Shown one piece after another: positions 7,777-16,313 of a stretch of 20,527 nt of DNA. A program made the translations under genes and the position numbers. Position 1 is the stretch's first letter, and the number at the start of each line of letters is the position of its first letter. Origin of the DNA: Candidatus Latescibacterota bacterium (GTDB lineage: Bacteria > Latescibacterota > UBA2968 > UBA8231); assembly GCA_965205655.1 (NCBI GenBank), contig CBDBIJ010000001.1:1-20527 (forward strand). The letters are read 5' to 3'. A model generated the notes under the pieces. The model was not told where the DNA came from and did not search any database. It worked only from the letters and a program-made list of their open reading frames with translations.

Positions 7777-8496
7777 ATGGACCACAATGCCGAACGCGGT
7801 GATTCCGATCGCATCCGCAACATCGTCGAGGCGGTTCTCGTCACCGCTGACGCCCCAGTGACGCCCGGCCGGCTGCTCGGACTCTTCAAGGGACTTTCCG
7901 GACGTGAAATACGGCAAGCCATCGACGAATTGAACGAGTGCTACGAGTCGGGAGGGCACGCTATGACCATCGTGGAAGTGGCAGGAGGATTCCAGATCTC
8001 CACCCGCAAAGAGTTCGGCTCCTGGGTGCGCAAGTTCCACGAGCGCAGCCGGATCCGCCTCTCCCAGGCGGCGCTGGAGACTTTGTCCATCATTGCTTTC
8101 AAGCAGCCTGTCACACGGGTCGAGGTGGACAGCGTACGCGGCGTGGACTCTGGGGGCGTCATACGCACACTGATGGAGCTCAATATGATCCGCATCGTCG
8201 GACGCTCGGAGGGCATTGGCCGTCCCATGCTGTTCGGTACTACAAAGGAGTTCATGGTCCACTTCGGCCTAAAAACCCTGGCGGACTTACCCCGACCGAA
8301 AGAGCTGGAAGAGCTGTTGGCGGGCGGTGAGCGCAAGGCTCTTGGCGAGACTGAGCCGGCGGAACCAGTGCCCGCCGAAGGCGACTCGGGCTCCCTCGAT
8401 TCTGGCGAATCGGACGGGGCCGGTTCCGGCGGCGACACTGATCGAGCGGTTATTGGCGGTCACGATGACGACGATCGCGGCGAGACTACCATCTAG
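7777..8496 (+). CDS. scpB: Segregation and condensation protein B
   Basis: EVAGGFQ, LSQAALETLSIIAFKQPVTRVEVDSVRGVDS, GRPMLFGTTKEF..FGLKTLADLP; GGAGGAG RBS 6 nt before ATG 7777. Confidence 0.97.
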   Translation: MDHNAERGDSDRIRNIVEAVLVTADAPVTPGRLLGLFKGLSGREIRQAIDELNECYESGGHAMTIVEVAGGFQISTRKEFGSWVRKFHERSRIRLSQAALETLSIIAFKQPVTRVEVDSVRGVDSGGVIRTLMELNMIRIVGRSEGIGRPMLFGTTKEFMVHFGLKTLADLPRPKELEELLAGGERKALGETEPAEPVPAEGDSGSLDSGESDGAGSGGDTDRAVIGGHDDDDRGETTI

Positions 8497-9407
8497 TGCC
8501 TCGCCGCGAGCCGGGATGGATCGGCGCTCAACCGGTAACGGACTTGCGTTGCGAGGTACTCGGCCGTTTCAACGCCCCTCTCCTCGGAGCCAGACTCCAT
8601 CTCTTGCATCGCGGAGGTAGGTCTACAGGCGGCACCGGTCGGGATGCGTCCGGCATCCGCCTCAACCGTTTCCTCGCCCGTGCCGGCGTGGCCTCGAGGC
8701 GGAAGAGCGATGAGATCATACGAGCCGGAGCTGTACAAGTAAACGGGGAAGTTGCCGCCTCTCCGGGTCGCACCGTTTCAGTCGATGACGACGTGCGCGT
8801 CGACGGTAACCGGGTGCACCTTCCGGACTCCTTCGAATACATCCTGCTCAACAAACCAAGTGGACTGATCGTTACCCGCAGCGATCCAGGTGGACGCGCC
8901 ACGGTCTTCGATCGGATCCCCGATCTTCGCGGCGCCAGTGTCTCAGTCGGACGCCTCGATCGGGATACGACCGGCGTGCTCCTGCTTACCGACGATGGCC
9001 AGCTCGCCTACCGCCTCGCTCATCCGCGTTTCGAAGTAGAGAAACGCTACGAGGCCGTGGTGAAGGGCAGACCGGCGGCGGCGGCGGTGCGACGCCTGGG
9101 CGAGGGCGTTGACCTGGATGACGGGCCCACCGCCCAGGCGCAGGTTCGCATCCTGTCGGGCCGACGCGCCCCGCAGGCGACTCGCGGTGCCGCCGCCGAG
9201 ACGCGGCTCGAGATCCGCCTGCACGAGGGTCGCAACCGCCAGGTGAGGCGCATGTGCCAGGCCGTCGGTCATCCCGTCGTGAGACTTGCCAGAACCGGTT
9301 TCGCCGGCCTGACGACGGCGGGCCTCAGCAGCGGCCAGAGTCGCAGACTGTCTGCTGCCGAAGTCGGTCGACTGAGGTCCCTCGTCGGGTTGGGGCAGGA
9401 GGCTTGA
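8496..9407 (+). CDS. rluB: rRNA pseudouridine synthase, RsuA/RluB family (start uncertain)
   Basis: S4 domain IRLNRFLARAGVASRR, LLNKPSG, catalytic VGRLDRDTTGVLLLTDDG, LHEGRNRQVRRM; follows scpB. Confidence 0.9.
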   Translation: MPRREPGWIGAQPVTDLRCEVLGRFNAPLLGARLHLLHRGGRSTGGTGRDASGIRLNRFLARAGVASRRKSDEIIRAGAVQVNGEVAASPGRTVSVDDDVRVDGNRVHLPDSFEYILLNKPSGLIVTRSDPGGRATVFDRIPDLRGASVSVGRLDRDTTGVLLLTDDGQLAYRLAHPRFEVEKRYEAVVKGRPAAAAVRRLGEGVDLDDGPTAQAQVRILSGRRAPQATRGAAAETRLEIRLHEGRNRQVRRMCQAVGHPVVRLARTGFAGLTTAGLSSGQSRRLSAAEVGRLRSLVGLGQEA

Positions 9408-10087
9408 TAACTCGTCCACGGGGACTCATCATCGCCATCGATGGCCTCATCGGTTCCGGGAAATCGAGCACCGCGCGGGGTGCTGCAGCGACTCTGGGAT
9501 ATCGTCATGTCGACACCGGGGCGATGTACAGAGCCGTGACCCTGTCCGCCATGAGGCGTGGCATCGGCGACGACGACAAGGGGGAACTGACGAGGCTGCT
9601 CGGGGAGTTGAGGTTGGAGCTTGAGCCCGGCGCCACCGGAACGCGGGTCCTGATTGACGGGGTCGACGTGAGCGACGAGATCCGTCAGCCCGAGGTCACC
9701 CGCAGGGTTGGCGCCTACGCCGACCTGGCGCTCGTACGACAGGCTCTGGTTGCGCGGCAGCGGTCTATGGGTGTCGATGGCGGTGTGGTCGCTGACGGAC
9801 GAGATGTGGGTAGCGTCATTTTCCCGGATGCCGACCTGAAGGTGCGCATGACTGCCGATCTCGACGAACGGGCACGCCGCCGTCATGCGGAGTTGAAAAA
9901 TAAGGGGCTGTGCCTTACTCTCAATGAGGTCAGAATCGACATTCACCAGCGAGATCGGGAGGACGCCGAACGCGACTACGGGAGTGAACCCGATCTCATT
10001 AGCACCCTGGAGTTCGACACCACCGGGCTCACGTTGCAGCACCAGATCGACCGCATCGTGGCGTGGGCCCGCGAGCGAGGAGCGTAG
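9404..10087 (+). CDS. cmk: Cytidylate kinase
   Basis: IIAIDGLIGSGKSS, DTGAMYRAVT, DGRDVGSVIFPDADLK, ERARRR; TTG start overlaps the rluB stop (TTGA); precedes rpsA. Confidence 0.95.
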   Translation: MITRPRGLIIAIDGLIGSGKSSTARGAAATLGYRHVDTGAMYRAVTLSAMRRGIGDDDKGELTRLLGELRLELEPGATGTRVLIDGVDVSDEIRQPEVTRRVGAYADLALVRQALVARQRSMGVDGGVVADGRDVGSVIFPDADLKVRMTADLDERARRRHAELKNKGLCLTLNEVRIDIHQRDREDAERDYGSEPDLISTLEFDTTGLTLQHQIDRIVAWARERGA

Positions 10088-10153
10088 CCGGTGGCCTCCA
10101 CAGTCGGGTCTTCGCGGCTGGCGGTGACGGCGAAAGGGTTGAAGGAAAACCAG

Positions 10154-12079
10154 ATGACGGAGCAGGTAGCAGAGCCGAAGGAGATCGAGCCGAAACCCGA
10201 ATACGGCAACGTCAGCATCGAGGAGCTGGATCGTCCGGAGTATTCCGAGGAGCAGACCGGTGAGTTGATGGCCCTCTACGACGAAAGCTTCTCGGGCATT
10301 CGGGAAGGGCAGATCGTCCAGGGCCGCGTCGTGGGCGTGAGTGCCAGCGAAGTTCTCGTCGACATCGGCTTCAAGTCCGAGGGAGCCATCTCGATGAGGG
10401 AGTTCGGCGACGAACCGGACGCCGTCGCCGTCGGGCGCGAAGTCGAGGTTTTTCTCGAGAACGTGGAGGACCTCGAGGGACGCGTCGTGCTGTCGAAGCA
10501 GAAAGCCGACTTCATGCGCGTGTGGGACCAGATCAAGGACGCGCACGATGCCGGCCACACGGTCAGGGGCCGGCTCACTCGCCGAATCAAAGGGGGCATC
10601 GTCGTCGATCTGTTCGGTGTGGAGGCCTTCCTGCCGGGCTCGCAGATAGACATCCGCCAGGTGAAGAACTTCGATCAGTTCCTCAGTCAGGAGTTCGAAT
10701 TCAAGATCATCAAGCTCAACAAGGCCCGCAGAAACATCGTCGTATCTCGCCGCGCCGTGCTCGAAGAGGAGCGCGAGCGCATGCGTCGCGAGATTATCAA
10801 GGAGCTCGAGGAAGGACAGGTGCGCGAGGGCGTGGTCAAGAACATCACCGACTTCGGAGCCTTCATCGATCTCGGCGGGGTGGACGGGTTGCTACACATC
10901 ACGGATATGTCATGGGGCCGGGTGTCTCATCCCACCGACATGGTCTCTATCGGTGACCGCATCAAAGTGAAGGTCCTCAAATACGAAAAGGATAGGGAGC
11001 GCATCTCTCTAGGTCTGAGGCAGCTGACGCCCCACCCCTGGGAGGACATCGACGGGAAGTTCGCGGAAGGCACTCAGACGCAGGGGCGTGTGGTCAGCAT
11101 CACCGATTACGGCGCCTTCGTCGAACTGGAGGAGGGCATCGAGGGTCTCGTACACATTTCCGAGATGTCGTGGACGCAGCACGTTCGCCATCCATCCAAG
11201 CTCGTCTCGATCGGCGACTCCGTAAATGTCGTCGTGCTCAAGCTGGACAAGGATAGCAAGAAGATCTCCCTGGGCATGAAGCAGACCGACCCCGATCCGT
11301 GGGAGAGCCTCGACAGAGAGTACCCGGCTGGCAGGCGACTGGAGGGAAAGGTCAAGAGTCTGACCAATTTCGGCGCCTTCGTAGAGATCGAGGAAGGGAT
11401 CGACGGTCTGGTGCACATCTCCGACATGTCCTGGACGAAGCGCATCCGACAAGCGAGTGAGCTGTTCAAGAAGGGGGATGAGATTCCCGTTGTCGTCACC
11501 GAAGTGGACAGGAAGCGCCGCCGCATTTCTCTGAGTCATAAACACGCCTTCGACAATCCCTGGCCCGAACTTGCCGACATGTACGCCGTCGGCACCGAGA
11601 CTCAGGGTGCCGTGTCACGAGTTCTGGAGCGCGGCATCGTCGTTTCCCTGCAGGGAGAGGTGGATGGATTCGTCCCCCTCTCGCAGCTCGGCATCGAAGG
11701 CCTGCAGGCGCCGCGGCAGGGCTTCGAACCCGGCCAGGAACTGCCTCTCAAGGTGATCGAGTTCGACGAGGAACAGAAGAAGATCGTCCTCAGCGCTCTC
11801 GAATACCTCAAGGACAAGGATCAGGCCGAGGTCGACGAGTACCTGGCCGGCCACCCGGTCAAACCCGTCACCATCGCCGAGGTCGTCGCCGACCAGGATG
11901 AGGAGATGGAGAGCTGGGGCGATGCGGAGGACGCGACGCCCGTCGGCGACGATGCAGCAGATGAGGACACGGTCTCTGAGGAGCCGGGCGAGTCCGAGGA
12001 TGGATCATCCTTGGATGAAAGGTCCGAGGAGGCATCCGACGATGAGTCAGCCGGCGAGGAAGAAGAAGAAGAGAGCTGA
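10154..12079 (+). CDS. rpsA: 30S ribosomal protein S1 with an acidic C-terminal tail
   Basis: Six S1 repeats (VDIGFKSEG, AFLPGSQID, FGAFIDLGGVDGLLHITDMSW, YGAFVELEEGIEGLVHISEMSW and others); AAGGA upstream of ATG 10154. Confidence 0.98.
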   Translation: MTEQVAEPKEIEPKPEYGNVSIEELDRPEYSEEQTGELMALYDESFSGIREGQIVQGRVVGVSASEVLVDIGFKSEGAISMREFGDEPDAVAVGREVEVFLENVEDLEGRVVLSKQKADFMRVWDQIKDAHDAGHTVRGRLTRRIKGGIVVDLFGVEAFLPGSQIDIRQVKNFDQFLSQEFEFKIIKLNKARRNIVVSRRAVLEEERERMRREIIKELEEGQVREGVVKNITDFGAFIDLGGVDGLLHITDMSWGRVSHPTDMVSIGDRIKVKVLKYEKDRERISLGLRQLTPHPWEDIDGKFAEGTQTQGRVVSITDYGAFVELEEGIEGLVHISEMSWTQHVRHPSKLVSIGDSVNVVVLKLDKDSKKISLGMKQTDPDPWESLDREYPAGRRLEGKVKSLTNFGAFVEIEEGIDGLVHISDMSWTKRIRQASELFKKGDEIPVVVTEVDRKRRRISLSHKHAFDNPWPELADMYAVGTETQGAVSRVLERGIVVSLQGEVDGFVPLSQLGIEGLQAPRQGFEPGQELPLKVIEFDEEQKKIVLSALEYLKDKDQAEVDEYLAGHPVKPVTIAEVVADQDEEMESWGDAEDATPVGDDAADEDTVSEEPGESEDGSSLDERSEEASDDESAGEEEEEES

Positions 12080-12118
12080 ACTCCGCCGCACCCCGGGCCC
12101 GGTTTCCGACCTACTGAG

Positions 12119-12151
12119 AAGCGCAGCTGTTGCTTGGCTGCGCTTTTTTTT
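12119..12151 (+). terminator. Intrinsic terminator after rpsA
   Basis: AAGCGCAGCT-loop-GGCTGCGCTT hairpin running into an 8-T tract. Confidence 0.88.
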
Positions 12152-12252
12152 GCTGAGGTGGACGGAGGCGTTATCTTATGCCGTGAAGAGAGCTCCCCTC
12201 TCCGGTTTTCGAACTTCGTCCACCACCTCCCAACCGCTGCCGTAGCAGACCC

Positions 12253-14931
12253 ATGCCTGCCGCCAAGCTGTCACCCGCCATGGATCAGTACATGCGCTTC
12301 AAGCGGCAGCACCCAGACGCCATCCTGTTCTTCCGCATGGGCGACTTTTACGAAATGTTCTTCGAGGACGCCAAAGAGGCTGCCCATCTGCTCGGCCTCA
12401 CGCTCACGTCGCGCAATCACGGCAGAACCTCCGGTGACATTCCGTTGGCTGGGGTTCCCCACCACGCCGCCGAGTCCTACGTGGCGAAGCTCGTCCAAAT
12501 GGGTCGCAAGGTCGCCATTTGCGAACAGGTGGAGGACGCGAAGCAGGCACGCGGTGTCGTCAAGCGGGACGTAGTGCAAGTCGTCTCGCCCGGAACGGCG
12601 TTGTCCGACGCCATGCTCGATCGGCAGCGAAACAACTTTACCGCAAGTGTGTGCCAGAACGGCGGCGACGGTCCCGCAGCCGCCGCGGGCGTCGCCATCG
12701 TCGATATGTCGACCGGTGACTTCGCCGTCGAAGAGCTTCCCCTCGCACAGCTGTCCGACGAGCTACAGCGAATAGCGCCATCCGAGCTCCTTCTCAGTGA
12801 AGCGGCTGATGAACGCTGGGTCGACAGCTTGCGACGGGCAGTGCCGGGAGCGGCCATCAGCCGCGTGGACGACTGGCAGTTCGAGTACGGCAACGCCTAC
12901 GAGATCCTCAAGGAGCAGTTCGAGGTTCACTCTCTCAAGGGGTTCGATTGCGAGGATCTGGAGCTCGGGGTCCGCGCCGGTGGCGCCGCCATCGGCTACC
13001 TCAGGAGCGCCCAGTGCGGCGCCGTCGACCACATCAACAGGCTCCGCCGCCGACGCCGCGGCGATGAGCTGCTCATCGATGCGACGGCGCAGCGAAATCT
13101 CGACCTGCTGGCCAATCAGCAGGAGGGAACCAGGGCTGGCTCCCTGCTCGACGTCGTCGACCTTACCCGCACTCCGATGGGCGCCCGTTTGATGCGACAA
13201 TGGATTGCCGCGCCGCTCGTAGATGCAGCCGCCATAGGTGCCCGACTCGATGCGGTGGACAGGCTGATATCCGAGCGCGGCCACCGCAGGGCTCTCGCCG
13301 AACGTCTTTCTGAGGTTGGAGACCTCGAGCGGGCCATCGCTCGCATCTGCTGCCGGCGGGCGACGGCCCGCGACCTCGTGGGACTGGCCCGATCGCTGGC
13401 GGTCGTACCCGCCGTCGTCGAAATCGCCGCTGGTCTCGATTGCGAACTGCTGCGGCATCTCGCATCCGAAGATGAAACCCCATCCACGACCGAGCTCGTC
13501 GACCTTCTCGATGGTGCGCTGGTGGATGAGCCCCCCACCTCGATCGGAGAGGGAGGCATGTTCCGCTCGGGCTATGACGGGGAACTCGATCGCCTTCGGG
13601 AGGTCAGTGCAGGCGGCAAGAATTGGGTCGCGCGCCTGCAGTCCCAGGAGCGGGAGCGCACCGGAATCGCGTCGTTGAAAGTCGGCTTCAACCAGGTCTT
13701 CGGCTACTACATCGAGGTGAGCAAGCCGAACCTGGACCGCGTCCCCGATGAGTACAGCCGCAAGCAGACTCTGGCCAACGCCGAGCGCTACGTAACGCCC
13801 GAACTCAAGGAGCACGAGGCGGAGATCCTCGAAGCGCAGGAGCGCATCCAGGAGATCGAGCTGCGCCTGTTCGTCGACCTCCGAGACCGGACCGCGGGGT
13901 GGTCCTCCGAGGTTCAGCGCTGCGCCGCCACACTCGCCCGCATCGACGTGCTCTATTCCCTCGCCGAGGTCGCCGAGTCGGAAAGCTGGGTTAGACCGCA
14001 GGTGGACGACAGTCAGTCCCTCGAAATAGAAGCGGGTCGCCACCCGGTCGTCGAGCGCCAGCTGCAGGAAGGCCATTTCGTGCCCAACGATGTCGAGCTC
14101 GACGTTAACGGCGATCAGATCCTCGTCATCACCGGGCCGAACATGGCAGGCAAGAGCACGATCATTCGCCAAATCGGACTCGCCGTCGTGCTCGCCCAAA
14201 TGGGGTCCTTCGTCCCGGCCCGCAGGGCCCGCATCGGCGTGGTGGATCGACTGTTTACCCGGGTGGGCGCCTCCGACAACCTCGCCCGCGGCGAGAGCAC
14301 CTTCATGGTGGAGATGAACGAGGCCTCGACCATACTCAACAACGTCACGCACCGCAGCCTCGTCCTCATCGACGAGTTGGGCCGTGGCACGAGCACTTTT
14401 GACGGTCTCAGCATTGCCTGGTCAATCGTCGAGTATCTCCACGATGGACCGGTGCATCCGCGCGCCTTGTTCGCCACGCATTACCACGAGCTGACCGAGC
14501 TCGAGCAAACACTGGCGCGGGTGAAAAACTGCAACGTTCAGGTGCGCGAGGAATCTGGCCGCATCGTCTTTCTCCATCGCATGGCCATCGGGCCGTGCGA
14601 CCGCAGCTATGGCATCAACGTAGCGCAGATGGCCGGCATGCCAGGCGAGGTCGTGGCCCGCGCCCAGGAGATTCTCGCCGAGCTAGAGCAGAGCCGCGGC
14701 GGCGATGCTGACGATCGTACTCAAAACGATCGTTCTCAGGACGATCGCTCCGGCGCCGGTGAGCGGCGGCAGATGGACCTGTTCGGACGGTCGAACGGCG
14801 AGCAGATGGTCGCCGAGCTCATGTCGATCGACGTGAGCGAGACGACCCCCTTGGAGGCACTGCTTAAGCTCGACGAATGGAAACGGCGTTTCGCCGCGAC
14901 CGAGTCGCCACCTGCACCCGACGAAGAGTGA
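12253..14931 (+). CDS. mutS: DNA mismatch repair protein MutS (MutS1)
   Basis: FFRMGDFYEMF mismatch-binding motif, ITGPNMAGKST Walker A, GESTFMVEM, DELGRGTST, FATHYHEL, SYGINVA and a C-terminal QMDLF clamp motif. Confidence 0.98.
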   Translation: MPAAKLSPAMDQYMRFKRQHPDAILFFRMGDFYEMFFEDAKEAAHLLGLTLTSRNHGRTSGDIPLAGVPHHAAESYVAKLVQMGRKVAICEQVEDAKQARGVVKRDVVQVVSPGTALSDAMLDRQRNNFTASVCQNGGDGPAAAAGVAIVDMSTGDFAVEELPLAQLSDELQRIAPSELLLSEAADERWVDSLRRAVPGAAISRVDDWQFEYGNAYEILKEQFEVHSLKGFDCEDLELGVRAGGAAIGYLRSAQCGAVDHINRLRRRRRGDELLIDATAQRNLDLLANQQEGTRAGSLLDVVDLTRTPMGARLMRQWIAAPLVDAAAIGARLDAVDRLISERGHRRALAERLSEVGDLERAIARICCRRATARDLVGLARSLAVVPAVVEIAAGLDCELLRHLASEDETPSTTELVDLLDGALVDEPPTSIGEGGMFRSGYDGELDRLREVSAGGKNWVARLQSQERERTGIASLKVGFNQVFGYYIEVSKPNLDRVPDEYSRKQTLANAERYVTPELKEHEAEILEAQERIQEIELRLFVDLRDRTAGWSSEVQRCAATLARIDVLYSLAEVAESESWVRPQVDDSQSLEIEAGRHPVVERQLQEGHFVPNDVELDVNGDQILVITGPNMAGKSTIIRQIGLAVVLAQMGSFVPARRARIGVVDRLFTRVGASDNLARGESTFMVEMNEASTILNNVTHRSLVLIDELGRGTSTFDGLSIAWSIVEYLHDGPVHPRALFATHYHELTELEQTLARVKNCNVQVREESGRIVFLHRMAIGPCDRSYGINVAQMAGMPGEVVARAQEILAELEQSRGGDADDRTQNDRSQDDRSGAGERRQMDLFGRSNGEQMVAELMSIDVSETTPLEALLKLDEWKRRFAATESPPAPDEE

Positions 14932-15506
14932 CCGCAGCCTCTCCCGCGTCCGCAAGCCACGTGGCCTCTTCCGATCGATTCACCCGTCTCGAAAAAGTCG
15001 CCGTCTTCCTCATCGCTCTGGGCGAGGAGCGCACCCGGGAGATTCTCGCCGACGTGGACCTCGACACCATCGAGCAGCTCAACGAATCGATGCGTGGGCT
15101 CGGCGCTGTCTCCGCGGAGGAGAAGGCGGCCGTCATGCTGGAGTTCGCCCAATTCTTTTACCAGGACAAGCCGATTTCCGGCGTCGGCGCCGATGTGGCG
15201 CCGCCCGCCTCGCCGGCGAAGTCGGGGTCGCGACCGGTACCCGAGGGTGGGACACCAAAGACAACGGCTCGGGGTCGGACTAAGAAGGGCGCCGCCAGGA
15301 CCGATCAGGCGACGCCTCAGCCGCAACTCAAGAAACCTCCCGTCGAACACGAGCTGAAAGCGCAGAAGCAGGTCGCAGAGGAGCTGGCCATACTGCAAAC
15401 ACTGGAGCGATTGCGGCAGCGGTTGGACCTGGGGAAAATCGACTGGGGCAAGGCGGGCTATGACTTCGGAGAGGGATTCAAGGGCCCGGAAGAAGAGCGC
15501 CGTTGA
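14928..15506 (+). CDS. Hypothetical protein with a FliG N-terminal-like domain
   Basis: LEKVAVFLIALGEERTREILADVDLDTIEQLNESMRGLGAVSAEEKAAVMLEF resembles the FliG_N pattern K-A-LL-LGE...V.....VL-EF. GTG overlaps the mutS stop (GTGA) and the ORF fills the gap to rlmB. Confidence 0.7.
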   Translation: MTAASPASASHVASSDRFTRLEKVAVFLIALGEERTREILADVDLDTIEQLNESMRGLGAVSAEEKAAVMLEFAQFFYQDKPISGVGADVAPPASPAKSGSRPVPEGGTPKTTARGRTKKGAARTDQATPQPQLKKPPVEHELKAQKQVAEELAILQTLERLRQRLDLGKIDWGKAGYDFGEGFKGPEEERR

Positions 15507-15521
15507 GGCCGCCGACTCTCC

Positions 15522-16313
15522 GTGAGCACAGCGCCCGCACAAAGTCATGATGAGATCATCTTCGGTCGGCGCGCGGTCGTCGAGGCGCTGAAGTCGGGCC
15601 GTGTCCTGCGCCGGCTGTGCATCGCTCGCGGCAGTCGCGGCCCGGTCGTGGATGAGATCTTCGAGCGCGCCCGTGGCGCCGGCGTGCCCTTCGATGTGTT
15701 GGACCGCGCCGCCCTCGACAGAGCCACGGACGGCGCCCGTCATCAAGGCGTGCTCGCCTACACGGCAGCGCGGTCGTACGTGGAGTTCGACGAGCTCATC
15801 GGCCGTCTCGATCCGAAGGACTCCCTGCTCGTTTTTCTCGACGGCATTCAGGATCCCCACAACCTCGGGGCTATAATTCGCACCGCCCACGCCGTGGGGG
15901 CGGATGGCGTCGTTTTCGAGCAGCGCCGCAGCGCCGGGCTGACCGCCGCCGCCGTCAAGGCTTCTGCCGGCGCCGTCGATTACCTGCCGGCCAGCCGGGT
16001 CGCCAACCTTCGCGTCGCAATGAAAACCTCCAGCAAAGCGGGGTTGTGGCTTACCGGGTTGGTCACCGACGGAGGCGACGACTTCAGACAGCTCGATTAC
16101 CGCGGCCCATGCGCCGTCATCATCGGCGGCGAGGGCCGGGGACTGCGGCCCTCGGTACGTGATGCGTGCGACTTCATGGCTCGCATCCCGATGGCCTCAT
16201 CCGAGATCGGCTCACTCAACGCCTCGGTTGCGGCAGCAGTCGTTCTCTACGAGGCCTTCCGGCAGCGGACGTCTTCCGTCCGTCGTCCGCCGGACACCGC
16301 CGGGGCTGATTGA
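15522..16313 (+). CDS. rlmB: 23S rRNA Gm2251 methyltransferase (SPOUT/TrmH family)
   Basis: IFGRRAVVEAL, HQGVLA, LDGIQDPHNLGAIIRTA, KASAGA, GGEGRGLR, SLNASVAAAVVLYE. Confidence 0.95.
   Translation: MSTAPAQSHDEIIFGRRAVVEALKSGRVLRRLCIARGSRGPVVDEIFERARGAGVPFDVLDRAALDRATDGARHQGVLAYTAARSYVEFDELIGRLDPKDSLLVFLDGIQDPHNLGAIIRTAHAVGADGVVFEQRRSAGLTAAAVKASAGAVDYLPASRVANLRVAMKTSSKAGLWLTGLVTDGGDDFRQLDYRGPCAVIIGGEGRGLRPSVRDACDFMARIPMASSEIGSLNASVAAAVVLYEAFRQRTSSVRRPPDTAGAD

Noticed and set aside
6295..8496. Wadjet/JetABCD or restriction-modification system
   Set aside because: No SMC ATPase, JetD or methyltransferase; scpAB are canonical and in housekeeping synteny.
9269..10558. 429-aa minus-strand ORF, and similar ones at 14736-15890, 7444-8262 and 3245-3928
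   Set aside because: Antisense to well-conserved housekeeping genes; no domain signal.
12763..14352. 529-aa minus-strand ORF
   Set aside because: Lies entirely antisense to mutS; a shadow ORF caused by GC-rich codon bias, with no recognisable motifs.
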